A DNA stretch of 64,000 nt from Octopus sinensis (Eukaryota): positions 106,764,001 to 106,828,000 of the forward strand of contig NC_043003.1 in the NCBI RefSeq assembly GCF_006345805.1, given 5' to 3'. Both the position numbers and the translations under genes were made by a program. The first letter of the stretch is position 1. Each line of letters opens with the position of its first letter. Of the stretch, positions 25,725 to 39,017 are shown piece after piece. The notes under the pieces are model-generated. The model saw only the letters and a program-made list of their open reading frames with translations, searched no databases and was not told the DNA's origin.

Positions 25725-26610
25725 AGTTGTTAGTAAGAAAGAAGATAAAACTCTTTTTCTGTCAGGTAAATGGCCCTGCTCCATTTGTAGGAAAGGAGTT
25801 GGAAGAAATTCTATTGGTTGCACCTAGTGTAAGCTATGGACACATAAGAGATGCAGTGGAATTACAGGTAGATTAACAGATAAAATTGTCTTTGTATGTG
25901 GCAGGAATAATAAGCACTAAGAGCATACCAGACTTAGATTCTCTCAAATGCCAAGGAGGCTCTCTTGAGGTTGTACATAGTATCTGTTACCTAGGTGACC
26001 AAATTAGCAATGGTGGAGGACACAGTGAAAGTATTGTTTCAGGGATAAGAATTGGGTAGGGGAAGTTCAGAGAGCAGTTACCTCAGTTGGCAACAAAAGG
26101 ACACTTACTAATAGTGTATGATGCTTGTGTGCGAGCAGCTATACTCCATGGTAGTGAGATATGGGCTTTGAATGCAGAAGACATGGAGACAAATGAAGGT
26201 AGTATGCTCCATTGGATGTGCAACGTCAGTGTGCATGTACAACAAAGTGCAAATGTATTGAGAGAAAAGTTGGGCATAAGAGGAATAAAATGTAGCATGC
26301 AAGAGAGAAGACTATGTTGGTTTGGACATGTGATGTGTATGAATGAGGGCAGCTGCAGAAAGAAGTGCCAATCACTGAAAGTGGATGGTTCCTGCAGAAG
26401 AGGGAGACCCAGGAAGACATGGGATGAAGTGGTAAGGACCGATCTCAGGGTGTTGAGCCTCATGGTGTTCCAAAGGGCATCCAGCTGTAAAAATCCTGCC
26501 AAAACAGTCACAGATGTCTGGTGCAGGCTTCTGTCTGGCTGGCTCCTGTCAAACCATCCCACCCATACCAGCATGGAAGGCAGACGTTAAATGATGATGA
26601 TGATGATGAT
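25725..26610 (+). mobile_element. RTE-clade LINE 3' fragment (degenerate)
   Basis: SGKWPCSICRKGVGRNSI.C..CKLWTHKRCSG, LEVV..ICYLGDQISNGGG, LHGSEIWAL, RLCWFGHV and RRGRPRKTWDEVV, ending in the family C-type tail and (TGA)n. Confidence 0.85.
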
Positions 26611-26648
26611 GATATGTGTGTATGTATGTGTGTATATATATATATATA

Positions 26649-27066
26649 CTCTTTTACTCTTTTACTTGTTTCAGTCATTTGACTGCGGCCATGCTGGAGC
26701 ACCACCTTTAATCGAGCAACTCGACCCTGGGACTTATTCTTTTGTAAGTCCAGTACTTATTCTATCGGTCTCTTTTGCCGAACTGCTAAGTAACGGGGAC
26801 ATAAACACACCAGCATCGGTTGTCAAGCAATGCTAGGGAGAACAAACACAGACACACAAACACACACATGCATATATATATATATATATATATACATATA
26901 TACAACGGGCTTCTTTTCAGTTTCCGTCTACCAAATCTACTCACAAGGCATTGGTCGGCCCGAGGCTATAGTAGAAGACATTTGCCCAAGGTGCCACGCA
27001 ATGGGACTGAACCCAGAACCATGTGGTTGGTAAACAATCTACTTACCACACAGCCACTCCTGCGCC
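26649..27066 (-). mobile_element. SINE family A, full length
   Basis: Reverse complement of 19366-19786. Confidence 0.9.
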
Positions 27067-27085
27067 TATATATATATATATATAT

Positions 27086-27240
27086 AGGGAGAATTCATGA
27101 AAAAACAAAAGGTGAAGACAGGTGGTATAGAAAACAAACAGATGTATTAGTATAATGCTTGGGAATTGAAAAAGTCTTTAACATTTTGAGCCTATGCTCT
27201 TCCACAGAAAGGAACACAGAAAGAAACAAGGAGAGAAACA
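27086..27240 (-). mobile_element. Penelope-like terminal repeat family 2, second copy
   Basis: Minus strand 27211-27176 reads CTTT CTGTGGA A GAGC ATAG GCTC AAAA TG TT AAAG; homologous to 3150-3300. Confidence 0.5.
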
Positions 27241-27961
27241 AAAATGTGTGTAGTGGCTACAAACGTACACACATACATACATACATACATACATGACAAG
27301 TTTCCTTCAATTCCCATCTAGAAAATCCACTCACAGGGCTTTGGTCAGCTTGGGGTTATAGTAGAAACACCAGCTCATGGTGCCATGCAGTGGGACTGAA
27401 CTCTGATCCATGTGGTCGGGAACCAAACTTTTTGTCATACAGCCACACCAGCAACTGATAAATTGTTATTTTAAAAAATTTGGTGACTTTTATGATATTC
27501 TTAATCCTTATTAAATTACCAGAACTGATTAATTTCAGTTCTGTTATCTTTCAAAAGGAAGGACACACTGGATAATGTACTCCTAGATACACTATATCCA
27601 AATAAAAGAAAAGCTGGGATGTATTTAATCAAGGCAGATTTACAGCAGACTTAGGTGAACTTAGCTATTGAGAGTGAAATGTCTAAGCCATGGCTAAAAT
27701 ACAACACCTGTGATAGGATTGGTATCTCCAAGACTTTACCTGATAATTCCTTACCTTAGTGATTTGGTCATTTATGAATCTAAGATTCTTGACATAAAAG
27801 TCAAAGATGCAGGGAAACAATTTGATGTGAGATATGAGAAATGCCACTGCTGTCAGATTTTCTCTAAAATCCAATCTATTGAAGAATATAAGGGTGCTGT
27901 TATTCAAAAAGCTCGACATAAGTGAATTTAATGTGTTGTAGATTACAGGTTGATAGTTTAA

Positions 27962-28410
27962 CCTTTTAGCATTCAAACTGGCCATTTCCAGCCCAAATAA
28001 TTTACGTATTTTATGTTCAAACTGGTCGAATTTAATCTCTCATACCTAAATTACAATATCATTCTAAAAATAAGGTGGCGAGCTGGCAGAAACGTTAGCA
28101 CACCGGGCGAAATGCTTAGCAGAATTTTGTCTGGCGCTACGTTCTGAGTTCAAATTCCGCCGAGGTCGACTTTGCCTTTCATCCTTTCGGGGTCAATAAA
28201 TTAAGTACCAGTTATGCACTGGGGTCGAATCCCTTTGTCTGTCCTTGTTTGTCCCCTCTGTGTTTAGCCCGTTGTGGGCAATAAAAAGATAAATATCATT
28301 CTAAAAATAAACAATCACATCATTGAAATTCCAAAGCTAGAAGATGTAGAATGGTTAATTCAAAACATGAATAAATAAGCACCAGATTTTAAGGACTGAA
28401 TGCTAAAGGG
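27962..28410 (+). mobile_element. piggyBac-like MITE family H carrying a SINE B insertion
   Basis: TTAA|CCTTTTAGCATT ... AATGCTAAAGGG|TTAA. Confidence 0.8.
28072..28290 (+). mobile_element. SINE family B with target-site duplication
   Basis: AATATCATTCTAAAAATAA lies on both sides of the insert. Confidence 0.9.
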
Positions 28411-28859
28411 TTAAATTCTTACTCAACCGCCACAAGGTTTGTGCCTTTGGGAAAGGGTGGTGAATGCTTTATGGCGTTTAGTTACATTCTTTTACATTCT
28501 GAGTTCAAATCCCACCAAAGTCAATATTTCTTTCACCTTTTCAAAGTTGATAAAACGAATACCAGTCATGTTCTGGTGTCCATTTAATTGACTCCACTCC
28601 TTCTCAAAAATCTGTGGCATTGTACTGATTTTTGTCTCATCTCTTACTTATTTTGGTTATTGGAAAGTGGTCATGCTGTAGCACTCCCTTAAAGGGTTTA
28701 GCTGAACAAATCAATCCCATTACTTACTTTTTAAGTCTGGTATTTATTCTATCAATCTCTTTTACGGAACCCCTAAGTTACAGGGACATAAACAAACTGA
28801 CACCATTTGTCAAATGATGGTGGTGGGAGACAAACACAAATAAAAAGACATAAGCATAT

Positions 28860-29105
28860 ATATTGTCAAGCAATGCTAGTGGAACAAACACAGACACACA
28901 AATACATACACACACACACATACACATATATATACATATATACGACGGGCTTCTTTCAGTTTCCGTCTACCAAATCCACTCACAAGGCTTTGGTTGGCCC
29001 GAGGCTATAGTAGAAGACACTTGCCCAAGGTGCCACGCAGTAGGACTGAACCCGGAACCATGTGGTTGGTAAACAAGCTACTTACCACACAGCCACTCCT
29101 GCGCC
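28860..29105 (-). mobile_element. SINE family A lacking its 3' end
   Basis: Reverse-complement head ends CAGCCACTCCTGCGCC. Confidence 0.85.
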
Positions 29106-29313
29106 TATTGTTGTGATTTGTGATTAAAGCTTGTCCATTCCATCTTCTTGTCTTGTATTTTTCTTTCATGTGGATTCTGTGTCTACTAACAGATTTCCAC
29201 ACATATAGCTAGTAAAAGGAGTATCACTGCTATATGATGGCATAGGCTAGCCAATAACCACAGAGGAGACTTGAAATGCACATTATAAGGTTATCACCTA
29301 GATTACATAATAT

Positions 29314-29531
29314 AAACATTTTCTGTTGTGTCTGGGGAGAGTCATTTTCTTTTCGTGCCTTTCCACTTTTTTCTTATTTTTATTTTCCTAAAATTTTCGT
29401 TGCGTCTTGCAACCTTTTCAATAGTTTGACTCTTGAGGAAAATAAGAAAAAAGTGGAAATTTTACCGGTGAGTGTTAAATAATAAGGCACAAAAAGAAAA
29501 TGACTCTCCCCAGACACAACAGAATATGCTT
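29314..29531. mobile_element. Small MITE
   Basis: 41-bp inverted repeat at 29321-29361 and 29484-29524 (one mismatch), plus an inner pair at 29361-29380 and 29440-29459. Confidence 0.75.
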
Positions 29532-30767
29532 CAACACACGAACTCACATAAAGAATCTTGTAAACCAAATCCCAAAACGAAATATAATATAAACACATAC
29601 ACGTATATGATAGGCTTCCACACAGTTTCCATATACCAAATTCACTCACAAAGTATTGGTTGGTTTAGGGTCGTAGCAGAAGACACTTGTCTAGAGTACC
29701 ATGCTATGGGACTGAACCCAAAGCCACAGAGTTACAAAGCAAGTTTCTTAATCATGCAGCCATGCCATAACTCGATTTATCTTTTATAAATTACTGATCG
29801 GAGGTTGGGTATTAGATTTATGTTGGATTATTTGGTTCTTATGCTGGATTCCTTCATCTTTATCTCCAATCCACAGTAAACCATTTCCACTCACAATAAA
29901 AGCATTCTTTAATCATTTTAGGTTTGTTTCTGATCCATTTTTAAAACCTTCTTTTGTCAGGAATCTTCTGGAAAGACAGTTTAAGACTAAAAGCATCAAA
30001 TTCTTTTCAATTGCTTCTTTCATCGAAATCTCAAATATCTCTTCCGTGTAGCTTTTGTTGTAGAATTTTTTTATGTTCCCTTTTGTGTTTTTATCTTTGA
30101 AATTGTTTTCTTTTTTAATTAATTACATACACAACTACATTATAAGCCATTTTTGAATCCAGAACAAGCCATTATTGAGGAATTTGATTGAATATTGTCA
30201 CTTAAAATTAAAGAGAGAAGTAGTAATGGTCTGTATCAGCAAGAATCTGCCTCAACCTCTCCTCCTCCTCCTCGATCTCCCTTCCCTCCTCCTTTGCCTC
30301 ATTGTTGTCGTCGTTACCACCACCACCACCACCTACACAACCACCACCACCTACACAACCACCACCACCACAAACACCACAAACACCACCACCATCACCA
30401 CCACCACCACCACCACCACCACCACCACAAACCACCACCACCACCACCACCAACACCACCACCACCACCACCACCACCACAAACACCACCACCAAATCAT
30501 CATCGTCATCATCATCATCATCTATATATATACAGGGTGGTCAGTCTAAATTTGACTTTTTTTTTTTATGTCTTCTTATTTTCAGGACCAGCTTAATGTA
30601 TTGGGGAACAGGTCCATGGCATTGGAAAGCATAAATGTTAAAGATGTAGTTGAGGAAAAGTTAGCTGACCCGGAGGACCAGAAGCCATCTGAATATTGGG
30701 AAAGAGCTAACTGTATCATGATGATTTGCAGTGGGGACCAAAATGCTGACCTCATGACTGCCGCTCA

Positions 30768-30990
30768 ATGCTGGCAGAATCGTTAGCACGCCGGGCGAAA
30801 TGCGTAGCCGTATTTCATCTGGTGTTATGTTCTGGGTTCAAATTCTGCCGAGGTCGACTTTGCCTTTCATCCTTTCGGGGTCAATTAAATAAGTACCAGT
30901 TATGCACTGGGGTCGATATAATCGACTTAATCCGTTTGTCCTTATTTGTCCCCTCTATGTTTAGCCCCTTGTGGGCAATAAAAGAAATAA
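30768..30990 (+). mobile_element. SINE family B
   Basis: Same head, core and tail as 13515 and 28072. Confidence 0.9.
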
Positions 30991-31102
30991 ATTATTTACA
31001 TTATTTACATTTGACGGATATTTGTCCTCATCTTGTTTGTTGTTAACACAACATTTCGGCTGATATACCCTCCACCCTTCATCAGGTGTTTTGGGGAAAT
31101 TT
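30991..31102 (-). mobile_element. Solo Penelope-type terminal fragment with hammerhead motif
   Basis: Minus strand 31089-31046 reads ACAC CTGATGA A GGGTG GAGGGTATAT CAGCC GAAA TG TT GTGT. Confidence 0.75.
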
Positions 31103-31306
31103 ACGTGAAAGAGGCGTACATTCTATACTATTGGAATTTCATTCAGAATGACCAGTTTCAATGTCATGTTTGTCCCAAATTCCTCCAAGTCATGCGGAGG
31201 ATTGAAACAGGAGTTGAACATTCGTAATAGACAAACGGAAAATGGAGCCAGTTCTGAAATGAAACATTGCTGCAGTATTTGTAACCAGCTTTTCAAACAC
31301 CTTTAA

Positions 31307-31527
31307 CCCTTTAGTGTTTAAACCGGCTGTATCCGGCCCAAATATTCTACACATTTTATACTCAAACTGGCCAGAACCAGCATCTCACACCTACCCTGCA
31401 ATGTCACTCTAAAAATAAGCAATTACATCTTTCCTATCTTGAAGGTACAAAATAAAATCAGATAAATTTTTTTTAAATGTGAATAAATAAGGATTACTTT
31501 TGACAAATTAATCTAAATGCTAAAGGG
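31307..31527 (+). mobile_element. piggyBac-like MITE family H, uninterrupted
   Basis: TTAA|CCCTTTAGTGTTT ... AAATGCTAAAGGG|TTAA. Confidence 0.85.
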
Positions 31528-31924
31528 TTAAGGGTTCAAAAGTCATTTAAGATCTCACACCAGGTAAGAGTATATATAGGCAGGAGAAGAGGTGAAATTC
31601 TGCATGGAGCAGACAACCCCATCAGTCTCTCACACACACACACACACACACACATACACACACACACAACACACACACACACACATACACACACATATAC
31701 ACATATCTATGTCATGGGCTTCTATCTAGCAAATCCACTGACAAGGCTTTGGTCAACCCAGGGTTATAGAAGAAGACACTTATCTAAGGTGCCACACAGT
31801 GGGACAGAACCTGGAATCCCCATGGCTGGAAAGCAAACTTCTTACCACCCAGCCACACCTGCTCACTTAGTATATCACTATAATATATATTTGTCATTTT
31901 CCACAAATATTCCACAAGAATATA

Positions 31925-32340
31925 GGTGCAGGAGTGGCTGTGTGGTAAGTAGCTTGCTAACCAACCACATGGTTCCGGGTTCAGTCCCACTGCGTGGCAC
32001 CTTGGGCAAGTGTCTTCTACTATAGCCTCGGGCCGACCAAAGCCTTGTGAGTGGATTTGGTAGACGGAAACTGAAAGAAGCCTGTCATATATATGTATAT
32101 ATATATATATATATGCGTGTGTTTGTGTGTCTGTGTGTCTGTGTTTGTCCCCCTAGCATTGCTTGACAACCGATGCTGGTGTGTTTATGTTCCCGTTACT
32201 TAGCAGTTTGGCAAAAGAGACCGATAGAATAAGTACTGGGCTTACAAAGAATAAGTCCTGGGGTCGAGTTGCTCGACTAAAGGCGGTGCTCCAGCATGGC
32301 CGCAGTCAAATGACTGAAACAAGTAAAAGAGTAAAAAGAG
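31925..32340 (+). mobile_element. SINE family A, full length
   Basis: Same structure as 19366. Confidence 0.9.
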
Positions 32341-32663
32341 TAAGATGAAAACTTTATTCTTGTAAGAGATGGTTTTAAATTAACAAACTTCCTACAATGC
32401 AAACGCATCACCTTTTCAGCTGGGTATGTAAGCATTTGTGAGGATCTATTTGGAGTGTTATGCATATGAACAACCCCTAAACCCATAAATATTGGTGACA
32501 GAGCTTAAATAGAATTCCCAGCATTTTAAAATAAAACCAGTTTTTTTTTTTATCATTTTTATTTTCCATTGTAAGAGATCTTAATCACATGTTTGCAGAA
32601 TTGTCAAATTTGAAATATTTTGTTTATTTAGCAAATAAAGATATTGTATATATAATTTCACTG

Positions 32664-32723
<60 letters not shown>

Positions 32724-33099
32724 TTCTCTCTGTGTCTCTCTCTCTTTCTCACTCTCTCACTCTCTCTCTTTCTTTCCTTCTTTAGAATGAAAATCTCTTG
32801 TTATACAATAGGATTGTGTGATGCCTTTGTATTGCTTAGCTTTGTTTGCCCAGACACACATACACATGCATTCGCGTTCATGCATACACAAACATATACA
32901 CACATGTATGCATAATGTGTGTGTATACATATGCATGTATATATATGCATGTGTATGTGTATATAAATGTATGCATGTATAGATATGTGTGTATATGTGT
33001 ATGTTTATATATATATGTATATATAGCAAATGGAAGACAGAAGATGGAATATACAAGAATTTATTATTAATCACAACAATTTTTTCGACACATCTAGCA

Positions 33100-33124
33100 T
33101 CTATTTATCTATATCTACATGTAC

Positions 33125-33212
<88 letters not shown>

Positions 33213-33216
33213 GTCT
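33100..33216. repeat. (TCTA)n at the 5' junction of the Tx1-like LINE
   Basis: Read directly from sequence. Confidence 0.95.
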
Positions 33217-35870
33217 ATTCAGTCTCTGGTAGATGAACAGGGGTGCAAATTGCTCGAGCCAAGTGAAATGTGTGAGGCCTTTCAACAGCATTTTGCCTGA
33301 CTGTTCGGGACGAGTGGTGGGCAAGAACGTAGAGTGGACTTCAGTGCCTACCTACACAGCCTACTACAACTCTCGACAAGAGAGGCAGGGCACTGCGAAG
33401 ATGCCATCACGGCAGCGGAAATGCAGGAAGTGATGGCAGAATGCTCGAGGAACAAATCGCCAGGTTTGGATGGTCTACCCTACGAGCTTTACAATTGTAT
33501 GCCAGACTTGTTTGGAGATCTCTTGGCGGTGGTGTACTGCAACTGGCAGCAAAATGGGAGCATTCCTGGTTTTGTGAGCCGAGGAGCCGTAACACTGCTG
33601 AAGAAAGATCTAAACAAGGGGAATGTAATAGATAACTTTAGGCCCATCACTCTGCTTAATGCAGACTTGAAAATTTTGGCCAAGGTGTTAGCCAAGAGGT
33701 TGGCACTTGTCATCAAGAAACTGGTTGACAAGGCGCAAACATGTGCAATGCCGGGCTGGAGCATCCATGACAACCTCCACCTGATGCGCTGCATCACAGA
33801 CAGGGTAGTTAAGGAACCTGGCATGGGTGGATCAATCGAAAGCTTTCGATAGGGTAGACCATCAATAGTCGGAGGCTGGCCTCAGAGTGGCTGGTTTCGG
33901 TCCCGTCTTCCGCGGCTGGATAGCCGCTTTGTACAGAGGTATCCATTCGGTAATTCGTGTAAATGGACATTTATCGAGACCTTTCGACATTGCGCGTTCG
34001 GTCCATCAGGGATGTCCCCTCTCATCGCTTCTCTACGTATTGACTCTCAAGCCATTATTGCGGAAGCTGGCAACTCTGAGGGGCATCCCGCGAGAATTGG
34101 GATGTGGGATGAGCGTGTCTGCATACGCGGATGACGTCACTGTCATAGTGTCTAGCCACAAGCATATCGAGCAGGTCGGCGAGACACTGAAAGACTATGA
34201 AGCGGTTACAGGAGCGAAAATCAACCAGGAAAAATCAGTGGGCTTGTAACTCGGCACCTGGAGAAACAAGCCCATGCCGTCCACCAGTGCCTCCATCATG
34301 GGACGCTGGACCGACAGTCCGGTCGAGTTGCTCGGGGTCTGGTTTGGTCCGGACCTCCAAATGGAGAAGAACTGGAACAAGATAACAAGTAGGGTGGTAA
34401 CTCTCGCCAGGCAATGGGCCAAGAGGAAACTGTCCCTAAAAGGTCAGGCAGAGGTGGTGAACTCGTACATCGCGTCCATGATCTACTACCGCCTGACCGT
34501 CGTGCCTAGTCCCGACCCTACCATCACCAAACTAGAACGCATTCTCTTTCGCTTCTTGTGGAAAGGATGCGTCCCGATGGTCAGGCGATCCATTTTCTGT
34601 CAACACCCGTTAAAAGGAGGACTGGGCATGCCGTTGTTGATGATGCACAGACACGCGCTGAGACTGCCACATCTCAGGCTTTACGTAGATGACGGTGAAC
34701 AGGTGTGGTCGCCATTTGTGAGGCATGCTTTCCTGCAACTTGTTTCCATGACCGAACTGCAGTCGTGGATCAAAAATAGGCCAAGGAAGGGCGAATGGCA
34801 CCGCGAGTGTCGCGTTGCTCTCAAGCAACTATGCCGTCCCGGGTCGACCTGGAGTGACTTCAACACAACCAAAGCATTCTATAGGGGATTAGTGGAGGGG
34901 AGGTACGACGACAAGTTCGGGGCGAACCTGGATGTCGACGAGGAATACCTGACCCGCCTGTTCAGGATGATTTTCAGGCCAGGGCCCATGGACAACTTCC
35001 AGAGATCCCTAGCCTGGCAGTGCTACTGAGAAGCACTACCTGTTCGTGATAAGCTCTACAGACACGGCTTGAGAAATATGGAGCCGACCTGCCCGAGATG
35101 CGGTCAGAGCGACGAAACCGTTCTGCACGCACTCGTGCAGTGTCCAACAATTTCCGTCCTGTGGGCTTATGTCGAACAACTGCTGTCATGTGTGGGACGA
35201 GTCGGTTTATCAGCTGAGTCTATCGTCAATATTGTCACGCCTCCTTCCTTCAAACGGGAAGGAAGAGCTATTTTCATCAACCTTGTGGCTATGGCAAAAG
35301 AATGTATCTGGTGGATGCGTCTGAAAGGATTGGAGACAAACACTTTCCTCTCTGATCAGTCTCTCATCAACTTCTTCAAGTATCACTTGAAAAGGAAAGT
35401 GAGAGTAGAGAGGCAAGTTTTGTCTAGCGAATGTTTTAAAAAAGATGGGTGAATGTAGTAAGGATGGCACGTATGAATGACAAAGCCACCTTGAGCATAA
35501 TCTTATGAACCCGGAAATTTAAAACAGAGGGTTACCTACTTCCAAAAAAATGTGGTAATATGTAACAATATTGACCGAGGTTACCGTGGTCTTTTCCGTA
35601 GGCTTTTCTTCCCACGGATAAACCTTATCTGATTCCCCCTTTACACCTTACATCATGACACTGTGATACACGATCCCTATTGATCGTTTTTTTCCTTTGT
35701 TTCTTTTCCTTTTTCTTTTTTTTCTTTTTTCTTCTTCTTCTTTCCCTTTTACGATCCCTTTTGATCGAAAACCTACCCCACCATTTTTTTTTCTTTCCCC
35801 AAAAAAGAAAAGTGCTACTTTGTAATCTGTCCCGTCTGTGTGCAGCCCTGTGTGGCTAATAAAGAAACAT
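33217..35870 (+). mobile_element. Tx1/L1-clade LINE, 5'-truncated (no endonuclease domain)
   Basis: NKSPGLDGLPYELY, NFRPITLLNADLKILAK, SVHQGCPLS, AYADD, HPLKGGLG and the CCHC knuckle CPRCGQSDETVLHALVQC; AATAAA at 35858-35863, then (ATCT)n. Confidence 0.95.
33221..35508 (+). pseudogene. Disrupted LINE ORF2 (reverse transcriptase plus zinc knuckle)
   Basis: Split across ORFs 33334-33852, 33887-34249, 34274-35029 and 35069-35452 by stops and frameshifts. Confidence 0.9.
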
Positions 35871-35885
35871 ATCTATCTATCTATT

Positions 35886-36354
35886 GATCAAAGGAAATCA
35901 TTGCTTGTGTCCATTAGTTGAGTTGTGACAAGCAAGCAAACCAGCGGAGATTGTGGCTCATTGATTTTTGTTGTTGTCACTTAAAGCATGCAGAACCCAT
36001 GCTCCATACTTCTGAATCTTTCCCATCAAGTGAAGACGCTTCTCTATAGCAGTGTGGGAGCATTCCATTTTCTCTGCCAGTTCCCTTGTTGTTTGAGGAG
36101 AATTTTCGTGCAAAAGTTGGCTTAATTGCTCTTCATTGAACTCAACTGGACGGCCAGTATGAGGTGCGTCTTTGAAGTAAAAATATCCATTTTTGAACTT
36201 GACATACCAATCATAAGCAGTTCTTTCAGCTATGGCACCCTCTCCATACACAGCACAAATGTCGTGAGCAGCTTTTATGGCCTTAGAACCTTGATTAAAA
36301 GCAAAAAGAAGGAGGTGTCGAAAATGCTCATTTTTTTAAAACTTGACATTCCAT
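35886..36354 (-). mobile_element. mariner transposase N-terminal fragment
   Basis: MECQV..(frameshift)EHFRHLLLFAFNQG...YGEGAIAERTAYDWYVKFKNG...HTGRP...GAWVLHAL (HTH and WVPHxL-like motif); breaks off before the catalytic domain at the Tx1 tail. Confidence 0.85.
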
Positions 36355-36569
36355 TTTAATGATCTGAAAAGAAACAAAAATTATCTAAGATTAACTAGAA
36401 AAAGAACAAAATAGATTCCAAAATGATTCAAAAATAGAATTCTCGAAAAAATAGATTCCAAAATTAAAAAAAAAACAGTGGGAATATTTCAGATGTATAT
36501 TGTACTTAAATTGAGGCACCAGAATTTAGTATGGTATTATCCATATAATTTCAAAATAAGGTGATTAAA

Positions 36570-36834
36570 ATCAAAATAAGCAACATGGATATCCAGAGGT
36601 AATGCAGTACAATCGTTTCATGCAACTCCATTTAATTGAACAAGGCAATCATTTCATTACATCAATTTAAAATGTAGAGCAATCTTCAGCTGCACAAAGG
36701 CATAGAATTTAATTACATTAGAAGGACACATTAGTATATTAAATTGATGTAATGAAATGATTGCATTGTTCAATTAAATGGAGTTGCATGAAACAACTGC
36801 ATTACCTCTGGATATCCTTGTTGCTTATTTTGAT
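36570..36834. mobile_element. Fold-back MITE
   Basis: Arms of about 97 bp, 36570-36669 and 36740-36834. Confidence 0.75.
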
Positions 36835-36947
36835 ATATATATATATAACCAACAAAAAAGTAACAAGAATGGATCAGTAGTTTAGTACAATTGTTTCATA
36901 CTAAGAATATTTTATTTAAAGCTGCAAATATTACAGCAATTTTGCTG

Positions 36948-38224
<1,277 letters not shown>

Positions 38225-39017
38225 GGCCTGCTCGCTTAGCCAGCGGGGTGGCGTCATTCGAAGGCTAAAAAAAAATGCAAACGCATTCTGACCAGCGATG
38301 TGTAGCAACATCTGATAGTCTGGTCGGTCACGTGATATATATATATGTATATATATTCTCCTGTTGAAGACAACATACGAGCATTCAGCTTTTGCCAAAT
38401 GACCTGCACAAATGCTTTGTTTATAATGATCAAATGTTCGTTCCACACATTAGCTCACTCTCTCCATCAAACTGACATTACCTGAACAGGTGCACAGTGT
38501 GCCCCCCACATCAGGTGTTGAAGTTATCACAAGGCAACATGAGATGAAGTGTTTTGCTCAAGAACACAATGCCCTGCCCAGTCTAGGAATTGAAACCGTG
38601 GTCTTGCAATCATGAATGCAACTCCTTATCCATTAGGCCATGTACCCTCACACATACACACACTCACTCATATATGTGTGTGTGTGCATGTGTATTTGTG
38701 TGTGTGTGTGTGTGTAGGTATGTAGATGACACAAACACATGAAAACACATAAATACATACATACAAACGATACACACACACATAAATATATATATATATA
38801 TATATATGCATACACACACATACATACATATATACATACTTTACTGTAGGTATGTAGATGAAATTAATATTGTCACTTAGCGGTTCGGCAAAAGAGACTG
38901 ATAGAATAAGTACTGGGCTTACAAAGAATAAGTCCTGGGGTCGATTTGTTCGACTAAAGGCAGTGCTCTAGCATGGCTGCAGTCAAATGACTGAAACAAG
39001 TAAAAGAGTAAAAGAGT

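Noticed and set aside
27710-27925. 71-aa ORF with ordinary composition
   Set aside because: No recognisable motif or splice signals; length is within chance expectation.
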